Positions 1 through 13,410 of a DNA stretch of 64,000 nucleotides are shown here, in pieces. Location: the NCBI GenBank assembly GCA_964016885.1, contig OZ024761.1:1054001-1118000 (forward strand). Direction: 5' to 3'. Made by a program: the position numbers and the translations under genes. A model generated the notes under the pieces. The model did not search any database, was not told the DNA's origin, and saw nothing but the letters and a program-made list of their open reading frames with translations. The stretch is from Eledone cirrhosa. Taxonomy: Eukaryota. The stretch's first letter is position 1, and each line of letters starts with the position of its first letter.

Positions 1-32
<32 letters not shown>

Positions 33-461
33 AGAAAATGAAAAATCAGTGATGCATCTGAACTCAATTTATTGTGTGTTACAATTGTTTCCCCGGTGGA
101 CAGCTCGAGACGTGATCATTGTGTGGATCTGTCTGATTCTGGACCCGCAGGTTTGACGGACACATATAATGGTTTCGGAGCATAGAGAATATGCTCTGAA
201 TATGCTCTGAAATTGGAAATCAATTGTAACACACAATAAATTGAGTTCAGATGCATCACTGATTTTTCGTTTTCTATTCTATCATACTCTGCTCTGTAAG
301 AGCATAGAGTGCTCAACCAGCATACCGCCTATGGAAGCATCTTAGCTACCATCAGACACACACATATATATACATATATATATATATATATATCTATATA
401 TATATATATATATAGACATACATACACATATATATATATATACATATATATATAGACATAC

Positions 462-538
<77 letters not shown>

Positions 539-604
539 CATGCATGGGTGTGTGTATAATAACAGTAGGAATGATGAAAAATAGAAATAGTTTAGTTAAC
601 TTAC

Positions 605-629
605 ATCCGGAATGGTACCATACCAATAC
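605..629 (-). CDS. USH1C: Harmonin-like 25-nt micro-exon (RIGMVPFR); gene continues past the window start
   Basis: ctttccttaccaacag acceptor, gtaagt donor, phase 1 to 2. Matches HIGLIPVK after PDZ1. Confidence 0.85.
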
Positions 630-1001
630 CTGTTGGTAAGGAAAGATAGGATTTCATTAATACTGGTTGTGGTGAATAGTGGATCATGGCAGGCCTGGAA
701 CTAAACCACAACAACACACCACACCACACAACACACCACACAACAGAACACTACACAATACCACATCACAGAGCACTACACAACACTATACCACGCCATT
801 TCACACGACACAACAGCATAGAACACTACACCACAGCACACAACACCTCATAACATCACACAACACCACACCACACTACACAATAAAAACCTCACCATTT
901 CACACCACAACGCACCACACAAAACCACACAACACCACACAACATAATACCACACAACACCACCATCATCTGTGATAGATAGAAAGGAAAAAAAGATTTA
1001 A

Positions 1002-1218
1002 CCCTTTAGCATTGAAACCAGCCATATCTGGCCAGAATTCTCTCACCGCTTTCTTTTCAAACCTGTTGTAACCGGTTGTTCATACTGATGTTAAGTTATT
1101 ATTCTCAAAATAAATATCAAAATCTTGTAGATTCAATATTATGTGAGATATTATATGAGATAAAGCCTTTACCATGAAAATATGATAGTAAATATAGAGT
1201 AATGTAAATGCTAAAGGG
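1002..1218. mobile_element. piggyBac-type MITE (copies at 39692-39912, 52350-52567, 58984-59190; partial at 52075-52148)
   Basis: TTAA|CCCTTTAGCATT ... AATGCTAAAGGG|TTAA. Confidence 0.85.
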
Positions 1219-1244
1219 TTAAATATATATTTTTTTCTACTTAC

Positions 1245-1353
1245 GTTTTATCTTGAGTACAATTTCCTCAAGGTCATTAATAAGATCAATAATTTCCACA
1301 TGGAAGGCCTTGAAGATGTGAAATCCATTGATTGATATAATTTGATCACCACA
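1245..1353 (-). CDS. USH1C: Harmonin-like exon, PDZ1 (CGDQIISINGFHIFKAFHVEIIDLINDLEEIVLKIK)
   Basis: Poly-T plus aag acceptor, gtaagt donor, 109 nt, phase 0 to 1. Matches [36 protein letters not shown]. Confidence 0.9.
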
Positions 1354-1566
1354 CTTGATTAAAAAAAAAAAAATGACAAAAATGGTAACCCAGTAAACCT
1401 CAATGTGTAGTGAACATTTTAGGGTTTGTTAAGTTTTTTTTGGAGGGTGGAGATGTAGGGCGATAGGGTAGGGATATATGGTTTTAGTCTTTTACTGTTT
1501 TCAGATAGAGAGATAGATGGGTAGGGACAGAGAGAGAGAGAGCGAGAGAGAGTAAAAGAAAAAAGG

Positions 1567-1611
<45 letters not shown>

Positions 1612-1998
1612 TATAGTCCAGAATTAGCCGTCGAAACGGCTTGAGCTCAGCCGTCGGGGTCTTACTTGTTCCTATATATATATATAGGGAGTGTAACTTG
1701 GTTACTGCAGGTAAACCCGGGTGAGCACTCGATGTTTAGGTTCACTTCTGTGTTGAGGTGTAGAGCTATACAGAGTGTAATATATTGAAAGGATAACAAG
1801 GACGATTGGTTACTCCTTCATTACATTTATTGGTAGGTGACAAGCATTTCGCCACTGATCAGCTCAAGGTTCGATCTGTATCGATCTTACCCGACTCAAT
1901 AATCGGCAGCTCGACGGACCCTTTAAAATGGTATAAGAAAATGAATACATGCTATGTGATAAAGTCAGAAGTTCATAAGTTGTACAATATGAGTTGTT

Positions 1999-2086
<88 letters not shown>

Positions 2087-2309
2087 CCTTTTTTCTTTTA
2101 CTCTCTCTCGCTCTCTCTCTCTCCCTACCCATCTATCTCTCTATCTGAAAACAGTAAAAGACTAAAACCATATATCCCTACCCTATCGCCCTACATCTCC
2201 ACCCTCCAAAAAAAACTTAACAAACCCTAAAATGTTCACTACTATAATAATTAAGCTCTGTTGCTTACATAGAGCACTCTTTTTTCCTGGACTTTTCCGA
2301 TGGAATTAC

Positions 2310-2340
<31 letters not shown>

Positions 2341-2828
2341 CATCATCATCATCATCATCAGGTTTAGCGTCCGTGTTCCACGCTTGCATGGGTTTGGACG
2401 GGGGTTTTCCCACTTGAGGCAAGAGTGGTTGTCTTGCTCGCATAGGACTGTCTGGCGGGTTTTCTACAGCTGGATGCCCTTCCTAACACCAACCACATTT
2501 ACAATGTGGGTCTGGGAGGTTTTTACCGTGTTGCCTACACGGCTACATTTACAGCGTGGACTGTGTGTTTTTTTGTCGTGACACCTACACGATCTCATTT
2601 GTTTCGGCCTGGATGTTGTGGGACCAACATAACTTTACATTGAAAGGGGCGGTGTGGGTGGGGTGGAGGTGGTGGGACGGGGGTGTGTTTTGATAGAGAT
2701 GCCTACTGACTGTAGTAGGTTTTTACTTTGTATTTAGGTAAGGCGGGTCTTCTCTATTACTGAGTACCGCCAAAGGTCTCGGTCCAGTGACATTGTCTTG
2801 GAGAGGTGTAAGCGTGTGTAAGCGTGTA
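2341..2828 (-). mobile_element. RTE-A 3' fragment (others at 31696-32143 -, 33801-34088 -, 42597-42806 +, 53000-53385 +)
   Basis: Matches the RTE-A ORF end and 3'UTR with (CAT)n tail. Confidence 0.88.
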
Positions 2829-2849
2829 TATATATATATATATACATAT

Positions 2850-2880
<31 letters not shown>

Positions 2881-2929
2881 TTATGAAAATAAAACAAAGA
2901 AGCCTTCAATACATCAAAAGTCTTTATTA

Positions 2930-2967
2930 GCCAACAATGTTTCGTCCTATTAAGGACTCATCAGGGC
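2930..2967 (-). ncRNA. Minimal type I hammerhead ribozyme
   Basis: GCC-CUGAUGA-GUCCU uaau AGGAC-GAAAC auu GUU-GGC. Confidence 0.85.
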
Positions 2968-3511
2968 AATTAAAACTACAAGAAGCACTATCGGCCAATA
3001 CAAGCCGAAAACTCCGAAGAATATGGAGTGTACATACACTAAAGTATTGGAAGATTATGGGTAAAAATATATAATAAAAATCACTAAGGAGGTGGATAAC
3101 ATTTTGAACCATATTACAAATATAGTCCAAAGCAAAAAACTAGAGCTAAACAAAGGTGGTTATATAGAGCGGGAATTATAGTACTATATGTAATACAATA
3201 TAATATAATATAATATACTTGTAACAATATTAAAATTAAAATTAAAATTAAAAGGCACAATATACATATGTATATATATACACACACGTACGCACATATA
3301 CATATACATCAATACACATTTCCATCATCAACAGCACAAATTAAACCTTATTAAGAGTTTAAATATAAATAAGCATAATAGGAATAAAAATTAATTACAT
3401 TGAACTATACCTTTTACTGTCATTTCTATAATACGAAGTGGGTGGTTAACTCCAACACGCTCCAGTATTTTAATCCTTATTTTAATCCTTATATATATAT
3501 ATATATATATA

Positions 3512-6500
3512 CATCATCATCATCATCGTTTAACGTCCATATTCCACGCTTGCATGGGTCTGGACGGGAGTTTTCCCACTTGAGGCAAGAGTGGTTGTCT
3601 TGCTCGTATAGGACTGTCTGGCGGGTTTTCTACGGCTGGATGCCCTTCCTAACACCAACCACATTTACAATGTGGAACTGGGAGGTTTTTACCGTGTTAC
3701 CTACACGGCCACATTACAGCGTGGACTGTGTGTTTTTTTGTCGTGACACCTACACGACCTCATTTGTTTCGGGCTGGATGTTGTGACAACAACATAACTT
3801 TACATTGAAAGGGGTGGTGTGGATGGGGTGTGGGTTGTGGGACGGGGTGTATTTTGTTAGAGGTGCCTACTGACTGTAATAGGTTTCACTTTGCACTTAG
3901 GTAAGGCGGGTCTTCTCTATTACTGTGTAGCGCCAAAGCTCTCGGTCCAGTGACATTGTCTTGGAGAGGTGTAAGTGTGTGAGGTCGGAATTTATCAAGT
4001 CGTCCCAGGTTTTTCTGGGTCTGCCTACTCCGTGGCTACCATCTATTTTTATTGCCCTGCAATTTTTTATACAGCTGTCGTCTTTCATGCGCATCACGTG
4101 ACCATACCAATGTAGTCTTCTCTCGAGTAAACAACATCTGATCCCTCTTATTTCTAATTTCTCCCTTAGTACGTTTATGCTTTGCCGTTCACGTATATTA
4201 CTATTACACATCCAGCGGAGCATACAAGCTTCATTTCTCTCCAGTCTGCGTATATCCTCTGCACACAATGCCCAGGTCTCACTGCCATGTAACATTGCTG
4301 TTCGTATGAAGGCATCATACAGCCTGCCTTTCATTTTTAGAGAGAACCCTTTAGCGGCCAATTGTGGTATAAGCTCTCTGAACTTTTTCCATCCCGTTCT
4401 GACTCTAGCTACTGTAATTTCAGAGCACCCTTCCCCACTACTGATTTTATCACCCAGGTAACGGAAGCTGTCCACTATTTCTATAGAACCATCTGTGCAA
4501 TGGAATGAGCTAGTATTCTGTGGGCACTTCCTGCTACTTATTGCACCTGAGCACCGGCCACATGTAAAATCTATATTCTTAGTTAGCTTACCTGTGATCC
4601 CACTACATCTTTTATGTACCCATACTTTGTATTTAGGACATAAAATGGAGTTTCTACATACTCCTTTCCTACACACTAAGCATGGCCATTTCCCAGATGG
4701 GACCGGTGCCCTATTTTCCTTCCTACAAACTAGAACTTTAGTCTTAGACAAGTTAACTTTAAGGCCTTTTGATTCTAGGCCATGCTTCCATGTTTGGAAT
4801 TTCTTCTCTAGTTCAGCCATTGATTCAGCTATAAGCGTTAGATCATCTGCATATAGGAGTTCCCATGGGCAGCCGGTCTTGAACTCCTCTGTTATAGCCT
4901 GAAGGGCAATAGTAAATAGTAAGGGGCTAAGGACGGAGCCCTGATGAACACCAACTTTTATGCTAAACTCTTCACTATATTCGTTGTTAATTCTAACCTT
5001 GCTGACTGTTTCTTTATACATGGCTTGTATAGCTCTCACAAGCCATTCATCAACACCTAGTTTTCTAAGGGCCCACCAGATAATCGAGCGGGGTACTCTG
5101 TCAAAGGCTTTCTCCAAGTCAACAAAAGCTAAGTATAGGGGTTTATTTTTAGCTAGTACTTCTCCTGTAGTTGTCGTACAATGAAAAGAGCATCTGTTGT
5201 ACTTTTACCTGACACAAACCCGAACTGCATTTCATCTAGATCAATTCGCTCTCTGATTAGTTGCGCTATTACTTTTTCTGTGACCTTCATGACCTGGTCA
5301 ATTAATTTAATGCCTCTATAGTTTCCCCTATCTAGGGCATCACCTTTACCCTTGTAGCAGTTAATGATGATGGTGCTGCGCCAGTCCTTCGGAACGACCC
5401 CATACTGTATGACTTGGTTTACTATCTGGGTGACCATAGTGTGTCCCACCGTTCCAGATGCTTTCAGCATTTCGGCAACTATTTCCGAAGGCCCGGCCGC
5501 CTTGCCCGTCTTCATGTCTTTGATCGCTTTACTTATTATACTACCTTCAACTAGCACTGCTGGTCCCTCTATTGGGTCGATGTGGGGGAGACTGACTTTC
5601 TCCCAATTATTCTCCTCATTTAGTAGCCTTTCGTAGTGACACTTCAAAGCTACCTTCTTATCAACGTCAGTGATGGCAAGTACACCATCATCATTTAGGA
5701 CACACTTCTCCCCGACAATATCACTGTTTTCCTTGACACATTGCCTAGCAATCCTGAACACCTCACGTTTGTGGTCCTCGCGTTGTAGAACATGCTTGAA
5801 CTTTCTTTCCTCTGCTTCCCTTCTTGCGAAGTACACTTGTCTCCTAGCTTCCCTCCTGGCCACTTGATAATATTCTCTACTTCCCCCATCCCGCCATGCT
5901 TTCCAAGCCTGCTTTTTGGCCTTGATTGACCTCTCCACCTTACTGTTCCACCACCAAGTTACTCTCCTCCTGCCTATAGGCTTGCTCCAGCCACAGGTTT
6001 CATTTGCCGCCTTCAGCAGGTTAACTTTCAGGAATTCCCACTGTTCCTCTACATTGTACGACTCTAATTGCCCTTCCTTACTATCAAAAGCATCAAGTAA
6101 TATGCTTTTAAATTTATGACTGGCTGTGGCGTCCTTTAATTTCCATATTTTTCTCCTGAGGATAGTCCTCTTCTGTTGTCGAATACGTCTCGTCCTGACT
6201 ATGAGGTCGCTAATTATGAGTATGTTGAGACGTGCATTCTTCATGGGGGAGGGATTTAGTGTTTACAACAGACACTCTGTCACGTCTCCTGGTAAGGATA
6301 TAATCTACCTGGCTTGTGTGTTCCCCCGATCTATAGGTGATCAAGTGATTGTCTCGTTTTTTGAAGTTAGTGTTACAGATAGTTAGGTTATTTGCGTCAC
6401 AGAATTCCAGGATTCTGGAGCCTTCCTCATTTCTAGTACCAAACCCATAGCCTCCATGGATTCCGTCATAGCCGTCACAATGTTGTCCAACGTGACCATT

Positions 6501-7042
6501 TAGGTGGCCTCCAATAATTATATAGTCACTGTCAGTTATTTGGGAGGTAGCGAGCATCAGTGTCTCATAGAATCTGTCTTTTATAGTGCCGGGCAGTCCG
6601 GATTGGGGTGCGTACGCAGATATTACAGTCACCGTAGTTCTATTGAGGACAAGTCTTATTTTAATTATTCTGTCGTTCACTCTATTTACATCTATTATCT
6701 TATCTCCCCACTTTTCTGCTACCATGATTCCTACCCCACCCAGCCCATTGTCATTTCCCACCCAGAAAAGCTTATAGCATCGTTCTTTACCCACGATGAA
6801 TCTAGCAGACCCACCCCTCCACCTGGTCTCTTGAATACAACAAACATCGACCTCCTTACGTTCAAGTATTTCTACAACCTCGTTAGAGCGACCCTTTAAG
6901 GTGCCTACATTCATGGTACCAACTCTGAAGTTTTGGATTGCGTTTGGAGGGTGGGAGCGGTGGGGCGCGCAGGGGTGGTGGTGGTGATGGGGGAGATGGG
7001 GTTATGTTAGCCATCCGCGGCCGAAACAAAGAGGAGGAGTCC
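3512..7042 (-). mobile_element. RTE-A copy with frameshifts
   Basis: ORF pieces 6210-6914, 5153-6244 and 3897-5117 are nearly identical to the intact ORF; same 3'UTR and (GAT)n tail. Confidence 0.95.
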
Positions 7043-7071
7043 TCTATATATATATATATACATATATATAT

Positions 7072-7413
7072 GGAGGCACATGGCTTAGTGGTTAGAGCAT
7101 TGGCCTTGCAACGAAAGGTTGTGAGTTCAATTCTCAGACCGGGTGATGTGTTGTTTCCTTGAGCAAGAGACTTTATTTCACATTGCTCCAGTTTACTCAG
7201 CTGTAGAAATGAGATGATAGGGACAGGGGTCCCTATCATTCCACTGCAAAGTGGTCGTGGAGGTGCCACGGCAAAAAAAGCACCCACCACTCACTGTAAA
7301 TGAGGTTGGTGTTAGGAAGGGCATCCAGCTGTAGAAATCAAGCCAGTATCAGTTCCCGTCCCACCCTTGCAAGCAGGGAAAAGCGGACGTAAAATGAAAT
7401 GATGATGATGATG
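7072..7413 (+). mobile_element. tRNA-derived SINE with RTE-B tail (copies at 23125-23472 -, 48847-49196 -, 55403-55676 -)
   Basis: A box tggcttagtgg, B box gagttcaattc, body ccttgagcaagacact, tail identical to the RTE-B 3' end. Confidence 0.9.
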
Positions 7414-7467
7414 ATATATACATATATATATACATATATATATACATATATATATATAAAGGTTTAC

Positions 7468-7498
<31 letters not shown>

Positions 7499-7984
7499 AA
7501 AATACTGCAGGTAGCACATGGATAACATGTAATAAAATGAGTCCCTCATCAGTGATTTGCCGAAGATCATAGATATTTCATTGCATTAAAAATCAATGAA
7601 ATATCTATGATCTTCGGCAAATGAAATATCTATGATCTTCGGCAAATCACTGATGAGGGACTCTATATATATATACATATACGTGTTTTGCAACGGGTCA
7701 CTTGTGTTCACTTTTCTCCTAGTTTATTTTACACCTAATTCTGTTTAATTGAGTGTATATCTGGGCGATTATGCTGTCGAAATATTCGATAAATATTCTG
7801 TCGCAGCCGGCGCGAAGGGCTGGTTTTGGTTATTTGTTGAAGATTTCTTCATAGAAGCCTTATTCTTATAGCTTGGTCTATTCGATTTTTTATATGGTTA
7901 ATTATGCTAATTGGGAGAGGAAATGGTATATCTGGTGATTCTATACACGTTTTATGATATACATATATATATATATATATATAT

Positions 7985-9772
7985 TTCGTTTCTGAATTTG
8001 TTTGGCAAGATTCTTTATCTGAAAACGTGTGTTGAAACCGATATTGTTATACTTTGGGAGGGTCATGTTGCCAATAAGAAACACATGCACCAGTTGCTTT
8101 CACTTCAATTTATTATAATAAATTTATAAATTTAGGAATTTATAAATTTCCGGTTGGTTGGTTGGTTCCACAACCAGATGATTGTTTATATATTGTCAAA
8201 GTTCTTTCGTCACACATTCTGTGACCTCTTCAGTAACTGGGGATTCTTTTCTTTGTTTTTGTGCCTTTCCTTTGTTCTGTCCTACGCCATCTTGTTTTTG
8301 TGTGTGTTGTGTGCTTAGTTTGCGCATGTGTTACATCCGGGTGTCTGTGTGTGTTTATATTTGTTTATTTATTTGTTTATTTACATGTTACTGGTTGGTT
8401 GTTTGTTCTATGTGCGTGTGTTTTCATTTTGTCCTTAATTGTAAGTTGTGATGTTGCTGTTCCATTCATGTTTTCTATTTAATTTTGGTTGGAGTTCACT
8501 TATATTTATTGCCTCTGATTTGTCTAAACATTGCGTCTTTTCTGTGTGTAGATTCTAATTTTATTTCTATGTTCTCTAATTTACCCTTATGTTCTATTTT
8601 AGCATGTTGGTGGAGTACAGATGATTCTTTACTATCTTGAAGGTCTCGCCAGTGTTCATTTATCCCCCCCCCCCCCATAATACGAGCCGCCTCACCCATG
8701 CACACTATATTCCTATCTGTACATTGTCCTTCAGTACATCTTATGCTATATACTACATTTCTAGTTTTACAGTTAATATGGGGGCTTAATTTACAGATTA
8801 TACATTTCTTATCTATACAGGGAGGTCTTTGAAAAGGGTATGGATTGCTAATAAGTGTTTTTATGGAGGTACCTGGTCTTTCTACTATCTTAATATTGAG
8901 TTTATGTTTATCTAGGGCCCTTCTAAATTTGTAAGCTAATTCACCTCTCAGGATTGTATCGATGAACATTACACTCTGGTATTTATTGCTATCACACCAT
9001 GAGTTTATTCTATTAACCTTATTCCTAGTTCTTTCCACTCTATTCCAAAATGTGCTCCTATACAAGGGGCAGGTTCCATTTGTGTCATTATTTACCATTT
9101 TTTCCCATTTGGTTTTGGCTCCTCTATATACTCTGATTTTATCTCTCTGATTGTAACTAGAGAACTGCATACGGTGGATGAAGTGTTGTATGTGTCTCTC
9201 TAGTTCTTTGGGGTTGCACATGCGGGACATGTTTCTCATCACCCGTACCAAATCCGCAATCAGTATGTTGATTTTGGTATGGTCCGAAACAGCTGAGCTT
9301 CGGTGGATCAGATATTTGGAAGTCATGGGTTTGGCATAATGGGAATGGAGGATTTGTTTTTTGTTATTAATGGTATCTAACCAGAGCTCTGTGTCTAGTA
9401 CAGGTAATCGATGGTTGGGGTGTTTGCTTGGGTAGTCTATAGTAACTCTAATACTCAAAGTTATAAAGAATCATCTGTACTCTACCAACATGCTAAAATA
9501 GAACATAAGAGTAAATTAGAGAACATAGAAATAAAAATAGAATCTACACACAGAAAAGACGCAATGTTTAGACAAATCACAGAGGCAATAAACATAAATG
9601 AACTCCAACCAAAATTAAATAGAAAACATGAATGGAACAGCAACATCACAACTTACAATTAAGGACAAAATGTAAACACACACGCACATAGAACAAACAA
9701 CCAACCAGTAACATGTAAATAAACAAATAAATAAACAAATATAAACACACACAGACACCCGGATGTAACACA
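7985..9772 (-). mobile_element. Penelope-like element (RT C-terminus, Cys linker, GIY-YIG) with an inverted copy of its 3' part
   Basis: ORF 8496-9458 has LPVLD, KPM..LIH..SA, CxxxxCxxC, NVVY..MGE..R. 9463-9772 is the reverse complement of 8325-8633. Downstream HHR at 8195-8237. Confidence 0.88.
8195..8237 (-). ncRNA. Hammerhead in Penelope pLTR
   Basis: GUUA-CUGAAGA-g-GUCACA gaaug UGUGAC-GAAAGaaCUU-UGAC. Confidence 0.8.
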
Positions 9773-10955
9773 TCATGGTATAGCTTAGATACGACTAGAC
9801 ATAAGATAGGGAAAGCCACCTCATGGTGCGACAACCATAGATACAAGAGTGTCATGTTTGTGGACGCTACCCCTGGAGGGAAATTAGCTAACCAGTGTAG
9901 AAAGGCCCTGAGAAAGATCCACTTAAAGATTAAGGCGGTAGAAAAGCCAGGAACCACCATAAAATCCCTGATCAGCAAAACCTACCCTTTTAAGAAAACC
10001 CACTGTACTAATAGGAAATGTATTATATGTAAAGTAAACCCCCGGATAAACTGTAAAACTAGAAACGTAGTCTATAGCATAAGATGTACAGAGGGTACTT
10101 GCAGAAACATGACAACAACATACATAGGTGAGACAGCTCGTAGCATAGGTGAAAAGATAGACCAACACTGGGGGGGGGGGGGAACTAAAAGGACGAAAAA
10201 ACGGTTCAGTACTATACGAACATGCCAGACAACAACACGACGGTAACATAGACAACATAGAAATTAGAATAATATCTAAACATAGAAATGACCCAGCAGA
10301 TAGGCAAATCAGAGAGGCCAGCGAAATAGAACTTAGAAGGCCAAGGCTAAACAGAAAAAAATGGATGGAATAACAACAACACCCAAACAAATAATACTGA
10401 TCTAAGAGAAGTATAAATAAATAAATAAATAAATACATACACAAGCACAAAAACAACAAACACATATAAACACACACTAGTAAACTAAGATAGAATACAA
10501 TAACCAATACACAGTCACCCAAACACGAACACAAATCAAACACTATACACACACGCAAACGCATGCACAGAGAAGACAAAAACAAAAATAAATAACTAAA
10601 CAGACTAAATAAAGATGGCGTAGGCATACAATACAACAGGAGGAAACATAATAGCACCACTGACGATGTTGCAGATGTGCAACAAAAGAACTTTGTTACA
10701 CTATATATATGTGTTTGTGTCTATATTATATCTGTATTTTTGACCGTTGGTCAGTCAATGGTAACATTGAAGACCGAATAAATTAAATTAACCGATATAA
10801 AAGACACAGAAGCGAAAACCAACCAAACAGTGAGTGTGTTCTGTTATTAATTCTGGCAATATTATTACACAAATATGACCCTCCCCAAGTATAACAATAT
10901 TTGTTTCGACACACGATTTCATATCAAAAACCTCGCAAATCTAATTCATCGCCGT
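9773..10955 (+). mobile_element. Second Penelope-like element 3' end (GIY-YIG and pLTR); pLTR pieces also at 22741-23125 and 43065-43165
   Basis: TRNVVYSIRC...YIGETARS; HHR at 10655-10697. Confidence 0.88.
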
Positions 10956-11294
10956 TATTTATATATATATGTGTAAAAGGTAAACAGAAATAACAACACA
11001 ATCGGTACAGTATATGGAAGGAATATATTAGGTTAATGCTTGAAATAGCAGGAAGAAGGTCTTAATGTTTCAGATGCTAGTCCTTCATCAGAAGAGAGAA
11101 TTAGAAATTAGAAAGATTGAAGGGACGGACGATATACACACACACACAGAAAGAGACAGACAAACATATAAAAAAGGGATATAGATATAGAAAAAGATAG
11201 AGCGAGTAAGTGAGATATGTTGAGAGAGATGTGTAGAGAATTATAGAATCATAGAGGGTAGAGATATTAAAAGAAAAAGAGAGAGAGATGGATA

Positions 11295-12220
11295 TATTGA
11301 GAAGAGAGAGTGGCGGGAAGAGAGAGTGACAGGAAGAGAGAGTGGCAGGAAGAGAGAGTGGCAGAAAGAGAGAGTGAAAGGAAGAGAGAGTGGCAGGAAG
11401 AGAGATTGAAAGGAAGAGAGAGTGGCAGGAAGAGAGAGTGAAAGGAAGAGAGAGTGGCAGGAAGAGAGAGTGAAAGGAAGAGAGAGTAGCAGGAAGAGAG
11501 AGTGGCAGGAAGAGAGAGTGGCAGGAAGAGAGAGTGAAAGGAAGAGAGAGTGGCAGGAAGAGAGAGTGGCAGGAAGAGAGATTGAAAGGAAGAGAGAGTG
11601 GCAGGAAGAGAGAGGGGCAGGAAGAGAGAGTGACAGGAGGAGAGAGTGGCTGGAAGAGAGAGTGGCAGGAAGAGAGAGTGACAGGAAGAGAGAGTGAAAG
11701 GAAGAGAGAGTGGCAGGAAGAGAAGAGAGATTGAAAGGAAGAGAGAGTGGCAGGAAGAGAGAGTGGCAGGAAGAGAGAGTAGCTGGAAGAGAGAGTGGCA
11801 GGAAGAGAGAGTGGCAGGAAGAGAGAGTGAAAGGAAGAGAGAGTGACAGGAAGAGAGAGTGGCTGGAAGAGATGAGAGATTGAAAGGAAGAGAGCGTGAC
11901 AGGAAGAGAGAGTGGCAGGAAGAGAGAGTGAAGGGAAGAGAGATTGGCTGGAAGAGAGAGTGGCAGGAAGAGAGAGTGAAAGGAAGAGAGAGTGGAGGAA
12001 GAGAGAGTGGCAGGAAGAGAGAGTGGCAGGAAGAGAGAGTGGCAGGAAGAGAGAGTGGCAGGAAGAGAGAGGGAAAGGAAGAGAGAGTGAAAGGAAGAGA
12101 GCGTGACAGGAAGAGAAAGTGGCTGGAAGAGAGAGTGAAGGGAAGAGAGATTGGCTGGAAGAGAGAGTGGCAGGAAGAGAGAGTGAAAGGAAGAGAGAGT
12201 GGAGGAAGAGAGGAAGAGGG
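11295..12220. repeat. Polypurine minisatellite, about 16-bp unit
   Basis: ggaagagagagtggca and variants. Confidence 0.95.
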
Positions 12221-12280
12221 AATAAAATAGAAGATAAATCTGCTGTTCAAAATGGTAGCAAATGGTAGGATTAAACTTAC

Positions 12281-12354
12281 CCGCAGATCCTTCTTGTATG
12301 CTTCTGATGTAGTTGAGATGTCTGTGACAAATACTCCAGTGCCATGTTCTGCTC
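12281..12354 (-). CDS. USH1C: Harmonin-like exon, PDZ1 (GAEHGTGVFVTDISTTSEAYKKDLR)
   Basis: tcccctccag acceptor, gtaagt donor, 74 nt, phase 1 to 0. Matches [25 protein letters not shown]. Confidence 0.9.
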
Positions 12355-12466
12355 CTGGAGGGGACATATTTAGCTGGAATTAGCGAATACACATACATAC
12401 ACACATACGCACACATACACATATACATACACACACATACACATACACATACACATATATACATAT

Positions 12467-12503
<37 letters not shown>

Positions 12504-12768
12504 TACACATACACACACACAAACACACTCACACACACATGCACACACACATGCATGCTCCCAGTACATGCTGTAAAGTGGTTGGTGATCGGAAGGAGAT
12601 TCAACCATAGAAAGCTTGCCAAACAAAGTGTCTGAAGTACCCTTCAGTTGTGTCAAAGACATGAAAACCTCTGATGCGCACTCGGTGCAGATTCTTGACC
12701 TGTCTGTGGAGTCAGTAGCCACCACTTCAGTGCTGACTTGGTCTATGATGATCCATCCAACCATTGCC

Positions 12769-13205
12769 AGCTCACACCTATGCAGGTTTAGCTGGCATCT
12801 TCCAAGGTATATCTCGTTGGAGGTGTCTTGGATGATTTAATGATAGGGACCCCAGTCCTATCATCTCATAACTGGAGCAACATGAAATAAAGAGGATGTA
12901 TGTATGTGACAGCTCTCACCTATGCAGGTTTAGCTGGCATCTTCCAAGGTATATCTCGTTGGAGGTGTCTTGGATGATTTAATGATAGGGACCCCAGTCC
13001 TATCATCTCATAACTGGAGCAACGTGAAATAAAGAGGATGTATGTATGTGACAGCTCTCACCTATGCAGGTTTAGCTGGCATCTTCCAAGGTATATCTCG
13101 TTGGAGGTGTCTTGGATGATTTAATGATAGGGACCCCAGTCCTGTCATTTCATTTCTACAGCTGAGTAAACTGGAGCAACGTGAAATAAAGAGGATGTAT
13201 GTATG
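12769..13205 (-). repeat. Three tandem copies of a 142-bp SINE-derived unit
   Basis: Units start at 12769, 12911 and 13053; homologous to 57460-57582. Confidence 0.9.
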
Positions 13206-13232
13206 TATATAGTATAAGTAGACAATACAAAC

Positions 13233-13360
13233 CTCCTCGCAATGAAAATCCTAAAGATCCAGTTTCACCATTTTGTAAGTGGATCACTTTCTGGGATTCT
13301 GAAGGGATTATAGGACAAAGAGAATCATAAGCTATCTGCTGATTCAGAGGGATTAGGTGT
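13233..13360 (-). CDS. USH1C: Harmonin-like exon (HLIPLNQQIAYDSLCP...GSLGFSLRG), end of N-domain and start of PDZ1
   Basis: gcag acceptor, gtttgt donor, 128 nt, phase 2 to 1. Matches PLIPLKHQVEYDQLTP and the PDZ GLGF-type loop (SLGF). Confidence 0.9.
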
Positions 13361-13363
13361 CTG

Positions 13364-13369
13364 CAATAA

Positions 13370-13410
<41 letters not shown>

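Noticed and set aside
7072-7145. tRNA genes
   Set aside because: A/B boxes run directly into SINE bodies; no proper cloverleaf or terminator.
8496-10370. Selenocysteine-recoding (Naiad-type) Penelope
   Set aside because: No in-frame TGA at Cys positions in the visible fragments and no SECIS recognised.
11241-12764. 507-aa and 366-aa ORFs
   Set aside because: Read-through of a polypurine minisatellite; only the 74-nt exon 12281-12354 is coding.
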